From a virus, in the IMG/VR virus record IMGVR_UViG_3300047462_000400, positions 50,870 through 114,869 of that record: a stretch of DNA of 64,000 bases. One strand, written 5' to 3'. The translations under genes were made by a program, and so were the position numbers. This document shows, piece by piece, positions 33,296 through 41,010 of the stretch (its first letter is position 1; each line of letters starts with the position of its first letter). The notes under the pieces are model-generated. The model was not told where the DNA came from. It did not search any database and was given only the letters and a program-made list of their open reading frames with translations.

Positions 33296-35296
33296 CTATC
33301 TCCTCTTCTTGGGCGCCTTCTTTCGAGCCGCCGGCTTGCGGGCGGCAGGCTTGTGAGCGGCCGGCTTGCGCTTCGCTGGCTTGCGATGCGTCGTCTTCTT
33401 CGCCGGTGCCTTGCGGGTCTTGTATCGCGTGACCGTCTTGCCCGGTCCGCCGCCTCTGCCAGCAGTCGCCGCCATCGCGACGATCCCGACGAGCGCGACG
33501 GCGCCGAGCGCACCAGCCACGATGGCGCCGGTGCTGATTCCGCCCTTCGCCGTGGGGGCCACGACGATCGGCTGACCTCCAGGAGCTCCAGGGGCTCCAG
33601 GAGCACCCGGTGCGCCCGGTGCTCCGCCTCCCGCTGCTGGCAAAGGCAACGGAGCAGGCGCAGGACCCGGTACAGAGAACGGGAGCGGCGCGGGCGCGGG
33701 CGTGAACGGGGCAGGTGCCGGTGAAGGGGCAGGACCAGGCGCAGGTGCCGGTGAAGGGGCAGGACCAGGCGCAGGTGCCGCGCCCGGTTGCACCGCCCCA
33801 GGACCGTAGTTGCTCTGTCCGTGCGGCGCCCACCACGACGGACGCGGGCTGCACCCGCTCGGCGTGGAGGCCCCCATCACGGGGCGAGCTGAGTTGGCGG
33901 AGCCGGAGCCCCACTTGCCATCCGCCGTGATCCCCAGCGCCGCTTGCGCAGCACCGACGATGTTGACGTTCGCGGGATTGCAGGGATCGACCCCGACGAG
34001 CGCCTGTACGGCCGGCGGGAGTGCACCCCCACCACCCGGAGCGGGAGCCGGTGCGGGCGCCGGTGCACCACCTCCGCCACCGCCCCCCCCTCCCCCAGGA
34101 GCGTTACCGGTGATGATCGCAGTCGGCAGAGTGGTCACCCCACCGGACGTGACCGGACCACCGCAGTTCGTCTGACCGGGCGGTGCCCACCAGCTCGGTC
34201 TGGGAGTGCACGGAGGCGGTGCGCCTGGGACGCGCGCTTGCGCAGCGCTCGCCGTACCGCTGCCCCACTTGCCGTCCGGTTGGAGTCCGAGCGCGGACTG
34301 CACCGCGCAGACGTACTGCGCGTTGCCCGGATCGCAGGGACTGCCGGCGGTCTGGAGCGTGCTGACGGCATCGGACACGGCGTCGCCGACGCCGAACCGC
34401 AGGGTGCCGCCTGGTCTGCCCGGTTGCGAGAACGCTTCCCGGTTGGGGAGCGCCGCTGCGATGGAGGGATGGAGCGGGACCCCAGGAGGAGTGCTTGCCG
34501 CCGCCACCGCTGCGTGGAGCATGGGAGCAATTGTCGGGTGGTTGGCGAGCTCCGGTCGCACCGAGAGCAGCGAGTGCACCTCGGGGGGGAGCATCGCTGC
34601 CGCACGGATTGCGACCTGCGGGTGTAGCGGTAGCACTCCAGGCGCGAACGAAGGGTGAAGCCCTTGCGGCGCCAGCGGCAACACCGCGGGCGCGAACGGG
34701 TGCATGATCGACTGCGGGAGCAGCGGCAGCACCCCGGGCTGGAACGGACGCGCAGGGAACGCGGGCTGCGGGATGAGCGGCGCGACGCCAGGCTGGAAGG
34801 GGGGCGCGGGCTGCATCGGCGCGGTCCCGAACTGCTCGCGACCGAACTGGTCACGCCAGAACTGCCGACCGGCTTGGTCCCGGCCGACTTCCCAGCCGTG
34901 CTGGTCGTGCCAGACCTGCCGGCCCATCTGGTCGCGATGGATGCGCCGCCAGCGCCGTCGACCGAACGGGTCGACGAACGACTCCTGCTGGTCCGGCTGC
35001 CCCCACGGGTACGACGGGTACTGGTAGGCGGAGTCGGTCTGCGGCTGCCCGTACTGGGCCTGTCCGTAGTCCGGCGCGTACCCCGGCGACGGCGCCATGT
35101 ACCCGGACGTGTCCATCGCCGGCCCACTGACCGGAACGTTCAGACTTTCGCCGGGTCGGAGGTCGCGCCAGGTACGGACGCCGGCCACCATCATCGTCGG
35201 CTTCATGGGATTGGCCGTGATGAGCTGGTCGAGCGGGATACCGAACCGCTGCGCGATGATCGCGGGGCTGTCCCCGAACTGCACGTGATAGACCAT
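33296..35296 (-). CDS. LysM-variant, Pro/Gln-rich, twin Cys-containing PG-binding-like repeats, C-terminal TM and basic tail
   Basis: YHVQFGDSP...ANPMKP; QSALGLQPDGKWGSGT and QAALGITADGKWGSGS; GISTGAIV-TM. Confidence 0.88.
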   Translation of the reverse strand: MVYHVQFGDSPAIIAQRFGIPLDQLITANPMKPTMMVAGVRTWRDLRPGESLNVPVSGPAMDTSGYMAPSPGYAPDYGQAQYGQPQTDSAYQYPSYPWGQPDQQESFVDPFGRRRWRRIHRDQMGRQVWHDQHGWEVGRDQAGRQFWRDQFGREQFGTAPMQPAPPFQPGVAPLIPQPAFPARPFQPGVLPLLPQSIMHPFAPAVLPLAPQGLHPSFAPGVLPLHPQVAIRAAAMLPPEVHSLLSVRPELANHPTIAPMLHAAVAAASTPPGVPLHPSIAAALPNREAFSQPGRPGGTLRFGVGDAVSDAVSTLQTAGSPCDPGNAQYVCAVQSALGLQPDGKWGSGTASAAQARVPGAPPPCTPRPSWWAPPGQTNCGGPVTSGGVTTLPTAIITGNAPGGGGGGGGGGAPAPAPAPAPGGGGALPPAVQALVGVDPCNPANVNIVGAAQAALGITADGKWGSGSANSARPVMGASTPSGCSPRPSWWAPHGQSNYGPGAVQPGAAPAPGPAPSPAPAPGPAPSPAPAPFTPAPAPLPFSVPGPAPAPLPLPAAGGGAPGAPGAPGAPGAPGGQPIVVAPTAKGGISTGAIVAGALGAVALVGIVAMAATAGRGGGPGKTVTRYKTRKAPAKKTTHRKPAKRKPAAHKPAARKPAARKKAPKKRR

Positions 35297-35790
35297 TAGA
35301 AGCGTCTCCCCATCGGTGGGTGTACGACGACGGTTCGCCCGTACGGGTTGTAGCCGCCGTATGGCGCCGCCGGCCGATAGGCCGCTGGCATCGACGGCAT
35401 CTGTTGTCGGGGCACCCACTGCCGTCCATTCCATGCGAACGGGTTCGGTGCACCGAACTGCGGGAACACGGGCTGCTGCGGTACAGCCGCCGCCTGCTGC
35501 TGCTGCCACGCGAGCTGCCGCTCGCGCCAGTCATGGCGGAGCTGCCAGCGCGCGCCGTCCCACGAGTACGGACTCGGGGGGCTCGGCGTCTGCGGCACCA
35601 CCGGCGGAGTCGGGACACCCGACGCCGGCACGGAGATGGTCTCGCCGGGCGCGAGAGAGATGAAGGTCTGGATGCCGTTGACCCACGTGGTTGGCTTCTG
35701 CGGGTTCGCCGCCAGCATCTGGGCCATCGTGATCCCGAACCTGGCTGCGATTGTGGCGGGGCTATCCCCGTACTGCACTTGGTAGAGCAT
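35296..35790 (-). CDS. LysM-variant protein with Pro/Gln/Trp-rich tail
   Basis: YQVQYGDSPATIAARFG...AANPQKP. Confidence 0.88.
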   Translation of the reverse strand: MLYQVQYGDSPATIAARFGITMAQMLAANPQKPTTWVNGIQTFISLAPGETISVPASGVPTPPVVPQTPSPPSPYSWDGARWQLRHDWRERQLAWQQQQAAAVPQQPVFPQFGAPNPFAWNGRQWVPRQQMPSMPAAYRPAAPYGGYNPYGRTVVVHPPMGRRF

Positions 35791-38078
35791 CAGCGACTCC
35801 TCTTGCGACGACGACCACCTCTACTGCCTTTGCCTCCACCACCGCCGTGCGTGGCGAAGTAGATGACACCCCCGACAACGACCGCGCCCGCGACGCCGAT
35901 GCCAACTATCGCGCCGGTGCTCAGGCCGTGCTTCGTGGCCGTCGCCGCCGGAGCAGGCGTCGTCGTCGTCACGGGAGCAGGAGTAGGCGCTGGTGTTGGA
36001 GCCGGCGCGAGTGTCGCGCTCGGCGCGGGCGTCGCAGGGACGGGGGCGGGGATGGGCGGAGCTGGCGCGTTGCCGCCCGCCGGGAAAGCGTTCGGGAAGT
36101 CTTGCGCGTAAACGTGCGTCGTGTTCTGGAGCGCGGTCAGCGTGTCCTGATCGAGCACACCGTCAGTGCGCAGCGGCGTCGTCGTGATGCCGGCGGTGAT
36201 CGTGGGGAGCTTGGCGTTGTTGACCCAGATCTGGAAGCACGCGACGGCCGCCTGGAGGTTCACGCCCGGGTCCACCCACGTCGGGCACGAGGTCCCGGTC
36301 GCCGAGGTGATCTGGCTGTTGAACGTCGCGAGGCTGTTCCGGATCCACGTCTGCTGGTCCGGCGTGAGACCCGCGAATGCGTCCGGATCGCCAGGACCAT
36401 CGAGCGCAAACCCGCGGCAACCGCAGCCGCCGAGTGAGATGGATTCACCGAGGAACATCGTCGTCTCCTTGTCGCCTACAATTCCGAACCCGGATGGCCT
36501 GCCCGCCCCGCCCGTCATGGCAGCGAGGTCGATCAGGGTGCTCGTGATGGTGTCGAGCCGACCAGTCGGTGACATGCCATGTGCGAGCTGGAACCGTGCG
36601 ATGGCGCCCGCGGTGTTCGCACCGAAGTCGCCGTCGAGTCGGAGTCGCTCGCCGAGCCGGTTCAGCTGCTGTTGCGCCGCCCAGACTGCGGAACGGTCGT
36701 GCGAGAGATCCTGGATGCCGGTCTCCGCAATCCCACCGATTCCGGACGGCACAATCGGACCCCCGCCACGGTTGGCGTACTGGTCACCGCCGGATGGCCG
36801 CGGACCGAAGTAGAGGTTGCGACGGGTCCACTGCGGGATCGGTCCCGTGCAGTCCGCGCGCGGGGCGCACGGCGGCGTCTGCGGCGTCATGTTCTGCGCG
36901 TACCAGCAGGAGGCCGCACGGAGCCCTTCGTCGGTCGGTCCCTGCACCGGCACGTCGGTCACGAAGTCGTACTGACCCGTCGCTTGCGCCGGCGTGAGCG
37001 GCCGACCCGCAGGCGTGATCGTCGGTCGCCCCGGAAACTGGCCGATGTCCAGCGGGAAGCCCGCGACGTCGCGTCCACCGAACACGTCGCGCGCCGACAC
37101 GGGCACCGGCACCGGCACCGGAAGCACCACGAAGACCGGCGGAGGAGGAGGTGGGGGCGGAGCCGGCGGCAAGAACGCCCCCGGCGGCATCCCCGGGACC
37201 ATCCCAGGCGGGAACATCCCCGGAGGGCCAGGCGGCGCCGGATAGTGGGGATGATGCGGAGGGTGGTGCGGGCGATGGTGCGGGTGACCGGGCGGATACA
37301 CGCCCGGCTGCACCGCGACCGGAGGATGGTGCGGGTGGTGCGGATGACCCGGATGATGAGGGTGGTGAGGATGGTGCGGGTGCTGCCCCGGCTGCACGAC
37401 CACTTCCCGTCCATGGTGGGGATGGTGGGGATGACCTGGATGGTGCGGGTGACCCGGATGCACCGCCTGCCCGTGCGGGTGCTGGGGGTGGTGCGGGTGC
37501 TGCGGATGGCCCGGATGATGAGGGTGGTGAGGATGGTGCGGGTGCTGCCCCGGCTGCACGACCACTTCCCGTCCATGGTGGGGATGGTGGGGATGACCTG
37601 GATGGTGCGGGTGACCCGGATGCACCGCCTGCCCGTGCGGGTGCTGGGGGTGGTGCGGGTGCTGCGGATGGCCCGGATGATGAGGGTGCTGCGGGTGCTG
37701 AGGATGATGCCCCGGCGGCGGGTGATGACCCGGCTGGTGCTGCGGATGATGCTGCGCCTGCGGGTGCTGAGGATGGTGCGCCCCATGGTGCTGCGGATGG
37801 TGCGGGTGGGGCGGGACCTGCCCGTACGGCGTCTGCGGCTGCGTCATCGCCTCTTCCTTCTGCGCGAGCGCGTACCCGTGCACCTGGACACCACCCAGCG
37901 AGATGGTCTCGCCGAGGTCGCCGCCGCGACCTTGCGCAGGACTCAATCCTTCGCGTCCTTGCGCAGGCCCAAACCCGGGATTCGCGGGAGTCGGATAGAA
38001 TCCGAACTGCCGCTTGAATCCGTCTCGGTCCGAGCAGTCCGAGCAACCCGACAGCGTTCCTTCTCGAGTGGCCGTCAC
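35790..38078 (-). CDS. His/Pro-repeat protein with PG_binding_1-like domain and C-terminal TM; probable internal starts at 37847 and 36458
   Basis: QQQLNRLG...DGDFGANTAGAIARFQ; GLSTGAIV-TM-RRRKRSR; SD-like sequences before the internal ATGs. Confidence 0.85.
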   Translation of the reverse strand: MTATREGTLSGCSDCSDRDGFKRQFGFYPTPANPGFGPAQGREGLSPAQGRGGDLGETISLGGVQVHGYALAQKEEAMTQPQTPYGQVPPHPHHPQHHGAHHPQHPQAQHHPQHQPGHHPPPGHHPQHPQHPHHPGHPQHPHHPQHPHGQAVHPGHPHHPGHPHHPHHGREVVVQPGQHPHHPHHPHHPGHPQHPHHPQHPHGQAVHPGHPHHPGHPHHPHHGREVVVQPGQHPHHPHHPHHPGHPHHPHHPPVAVQPGVYPPGHPHHRPHHPPHHPHYPAPPGPPGMFPPGMVPGMPPGAFLPPAPPPPPPPPVFVVLPVPVPVPVSARDVFGGRDVAGFPLDIGQFPGRPTITPAGRPLTPAQATGQYDFVTDVPVQGPTDEGLRAASCWYAQNMTPQTPPCAPRADCTGPIPQWTRRNLYFGPRPSGGDQYANRGGGPIVPSGIGGIAETGIQDLSHDRSAVWAAQQQLNRLGERLRLDGDFGANTAGAIARFQLAHGMSPTGRLDTITSTLIDLAAMTGGAGRPSGFGIVGDKETTMFLGESISLGGCGCRGFALDGPGDPDAFAGLTPDQQTWIRNSLATFNSQITSATGTSCPTWVDPGVNLQAAVACFQIWVNNAKLPTITAGITTTPLRTDGVLDQDTLTALQNTTHVYAQDFPNAFPAGGNAPAPPIPAPVPATPAPSATLAPAPTPAPTPAPVTTTTPAPAATATKHGLSTGAIVGIGVAGAVVVGGVIYFATHGGGGGKGSRGGRRRKRSR
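37350..37685. repeat. 162-bp tandem duplication encoding a 54-aa His-Pro unit
   Basis: cacttcccgt at 37401 and 37563. Confidence 0.85.
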
Positions 38079-38923
38079 GGCACGTCCTCCCCCAGGTTCT
38101 CGTCGAAGACGAGCGATCCTGCGACGACGCCGTACTGCGCGAACGCTGCGAACGACGTGAGGAACCGATCCTCACGGGTGAGCGCGGAGAACTGGTCGGG
38201 CGTCAGACCCGTGGTGGTCGGGTTCGTTGCCGGATCGTTCTGCCGAACGCTTGCAAAGAGCGCGACGTCGCACGGCAAGGGGACCGGGATGTCGAGCACC
38301 CGCTCGCTCTGCGAACTCAGCCAGTGGTAGCGGAGGTCGTGGATGTTCCCGAGGCTCGCGTGGAGCGGCGTCCCCCACGGCTTGCCGGCGTTCGGCGGCG
38401 CGTAGGGCGCAGGCACCTGGTAGAGAATCGACGGCGCCGTGCTGGTCTCGTAGATGAAGCCGTCCGTGTTCGCCGGGTTCCGACGGTCACGGAACGTCTT
38501 CGGGATCAGCATCACGTGCCACGAGATGTCGCCGTCCGGCGGATGCCAGAGCGGCTGCCGGATCTCGCGCCGAAACACCGTCGTTGGTGCCGCTTCTCCG
38601 TTGGGGATGCGGGCGACGATCTCCGCGTACTGCCTAATGCCGACCAGACGCGCGCCGACCTCGCCGGTCGAGAACCCCACCCGCGCGAGCAGCATGAGGT
38701 AGCGCGCGTTGCCGATGGCCGCGCTCGGCGTTTGCGGGACGACGAGGCCCGTGCCGACGTTCGTGTTGTACGGGTCGCTCTTGATGAACCCGAACTCGGG
38801 GTTCGGGCCGGCGGTGACGACCTCGTAGCGACCGGCGCAGAGAGACGTGCGGAGGCCATTGGAAACCCCACTGGGTTCCCGCTGAAGCCTGATCACGTTA
38901 TCCGTGCGTTCGCCTCGTCGCAT
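38075..38923 (-). CDS. Beta-rich putative capsid-associated protein (penton/minor capsid candidate)
   Basis: Directly downstream of two jelly-roll-like genes; beta-strand pattern. Confidence 0.6.
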   Translation of the reverse strand: MRRGERTDNVIRLQREPSGVSNGLRTSLCAGRYEVVTAGPNPEFGFIKSDPYNTNVGTGLVVPQTPSAAIGNARYLMLLARVGFSTGEVGARLVGIRQYAEIVARIPNGEAAPTTVFRREIRQPLWHPPDGDISWHVMLIPKTFRDRRNPANTDGFIYETSTAPSILYQVPAPYAPPNAGKPWGTPLHASLGNIHDLRYHWLSSQSERVLDIPVPLPCDVALFASVRQNDPATNPTTTGLTPDQFSALTREDRFLTSFAAFAQYGVVAGSLVFDENLGEDVP

Positions 38924-38929
38924 CGCGCA

Positions 38930-39538
38930 TCACAATCTCGGTCCGAGCAAAAGGGTGAGGTCAGGGACTTCGAAGCCGAGCTTCTTCAGGCGCTGGCGCG
39001 CATCGTCCTCGCTCATGTCATCGATCGTCTTATCGAGGAACTGCCAGCCGAGGAAGGTCAACGTGACGTCGAACGGCACGCTCACCGGCGTCTGCAAGAG
39101 CACCGCGCTCACCTTGACGTTGCTCTGCTTGTAAAGCGGCCAGCCCGCAGGCCAGGTGACCGCGAAGACGTCCACGAGGTTGCCGAGGTCCGTGAACGTG
39201 TCGTTGATGGCGTACTTCGGGCCGCCAAAGACCTGCATCTGGATGCCGACGCCGGTCTGGCCGCTCTGCTTCAACTGGTTGAAGTAGAGCGACTGGAGGG
39301 GGCTACCCGGAAAGCTGTTCTGCTGAAAGAGGTTGTACGAAACTCGCTCGATCAGCGTGTCCTGCGTCAGGTTGTTGTCGAAGCTCTGCACGACCGGCGG
39401 AGCGTTGACCGTGCTCGACGAGAACTGGAGCGGGATATCGACGATGAACGGCACACGCGGAACCCCCGCGAGCATGGCGAACGCCACGCGCGGCGCGTAG
39501 AGCGCGAGGTTCTTGATGTCGTGGTCCCTCGGAAGCAT
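38930..39538 (-). CDS. Candidate small single-jelly-roll major capsid protein
   Basis: TQDTLIERVSY, DLGNLVDVF, WPLYKQSNVKV, VTLTFLGWQF strand pattern. Confidence 0.6.
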   Translation of the reverse strand: MLPRDHDIKNLALYAPRVAFAMLAGVPRVPFIVDIPLQFSSSTVNAPPVVQSFDNNLTQDTLIERVSYNLFQQNSFPGSPLQSLYFNQLKQSGQTGVGIQMQVFGGPKYAINDTFTDLGNLVDVFAVTWPAGWPLYKQSNVKVSAVLLQTPVSVPFDVTLTFLGWQFLDKTIDDMSEDDARQRLKKLGFEVPDLTLLLGPRL

Positions 39539-39560
39539 TCTCAGTCCTCTCTCAAGCAAG

Positions 39561-39607
39561 AGAGCGAGCGCGCCCCCGTCTGACTACGAGTTATGCGCGC
39601 TCGCTCT
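39561..39607 (-). terminator. 13-bp perfect inverted repeat downstream of the large capsid candidate (mRNA stabiliser/attenuator)
   Basis: AGAGCGAGCGCGC-21 nt-GCGCGCTCGCTCT; no U-tract. Confidence 0.6.
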
Positions 39608-39623
39608 TCTCGACTGCTCCGAA

Positions 39624-40907
39624 TCAGGCCGACATCTGCGGCGACATGATCTGCTGCACCGCAGGCGGCGCAGACGGCGACTGGCAGAATGCCTTCCAGC
39701 CGCCGGGCATCTCCCAGCCCTTGATCTTGATGCCGAGCTTCAGGATGCCGCCCTTGAAGACCTCCCGGCAAACGTTGACCGTCTGCGGTATGGGGACCGG
39801 TGCGGGGTCGAGCGTCTGCTCCAGCATCGCGGTCGCACTCGACAGGGTCGGCCCGCAGTTGATGTTCTGGTCCGGGGTGATGTTCGTGCCCAGCGGCTCG
39901 TTCGTGATGGTGAGCGCCTGGAGCATGTTCGCCTGGTGAACGGCGTCCTGCACGGCGAACAGCATGCCGATGGGGATGCCTCGCTCGAGGAAGCACGGGC
40001 TCTCGACGGGCCGGTACATCTGGCCCTTGCACCCGTACCCCTGCCAGCGGAGACCGCCCCAGGTGACCGGCGCGAGGTCGAAGTCGCGCGTCGGGTGGAA
40101 GATGCCGATGTTGCCGGCGACCGGCGACGTCGTCGAGATCGAGCCCACGCGCCGGAAGTTGACCGGGAGGAAGATCGTCCCGGACCCCTTCGAGCGGTAC
40201 TGCGCGTTCACGCTCGCCACGAACTCGATGACGGCGACCTCGGAGGTGCCCGCCGCCTCGGCGTCCGCGAAGGACCCGAAGTAGGAAACGTCAGCCGCCA
40301 GCTCGTTCAGCACGAGCTCGCGCTGGTTCGTCTTCCACTGGAACTGGTAGGCGTTGATGAAGTTCCAGCCCGCCCGCCACACGTCCACACCCCACACGAA
40401 CACGGCGGGGGAGAAGTTGTCGGAATCGGCCGTGACGGTCGCGCCCATCGCGCCGTTGGTGAGGTCGTTCGTCGTGAAGACGTCCGGCGAAGGGGGGGGA
40501 GCCGTCGTCGTCGTCGGCGCGTTGAACGCATTGCCGATGGTCGAGAAGCTCATCGGCTCGCAGAAGACGTGGACGCCGACGCCGTGAGCGAGGATGTCCG
40601 TCTGGAGGATGCCGTTGATGAGGAACGTGGAGTCGATCGACTGCACGCCGGGGACCGCGGAGCTGCCCGAGAGCAGGTTCACGGAGTCACCGAACGTGGA
40701 GGTCGCCTCCTCGAGCGTAAGGGGGAGGGGGACCGTCCAGACCACCTGCTCGATGACGGGGATGTTCCCGAACGAGCAACGCAGGCACTTCTCGGCCGCC
40801 TTCAGGTCGCCAGGCGCCTGACCGAGACCGAAGGGGATGCGGCGAACCTTCTCGCGGTCCTGGCCGAACCGCGAAGTCTTGCGCCCGATGATGCTTCTTC
40901 CAGCCAT
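39624..40907 (-). CDS. Candidate large major capsid protein (jelly roll with insertions)
   Basis: Strong AGGAGA RBS; DILAHGVGVHVF, YQFQWKTNQREL, PCFLERGIPIGMLF, KLGIKIKGWEM strands; basic N-terminal arm. Confidence 0.65.
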   Translation of the reverse strand: MAGRSIIGRKTSRFGQDREKVRRIPFGLGQAPGDLKAAEKCLRCSFGNIPVIEQVVWTVPLPLTLEEATSTFGDSVNLLSGSSAVPGVQSIDSTFLINGILQTDILAHGVGVHVFCEPMSFSTIGNAFNAPTTTTAPPPSPDVFTTNDLTNGAMGATVTADSDNFSPAVFVWGVDVWRAGWNFINAYQFQWKTNQRELVLNELAADVSYFGSFADAEAAGTSEVAVIEFVASVNAQYRSKGSGTIFLPVNFRRVGSISTTSPVAGNIGIFHPTRDFDLAPVTWGGLRWQGYGCKGQMYRPVESPCFLERGIPIGMLFAVQDAVHQANMLQALTITNEPLGTNITPDQNINCGPTLSSATAMLEQTLDPAPVPIPQTVNVCREVFKGGILKLGIKIKGWEMPGGWKAFCQSPSAPPAVQQIMSPQMSA

Positions 40908-41010
40908 GTTCTTTCTCCTGTTTCGCAGGCCGTTTCTTGGTCAGCCGCCTGCTCCGAATCCGTTCACTGCGTTGCGTGGTGGTTGCGAAAAAAGGTGGTC
41001 CCCGAAGGGA

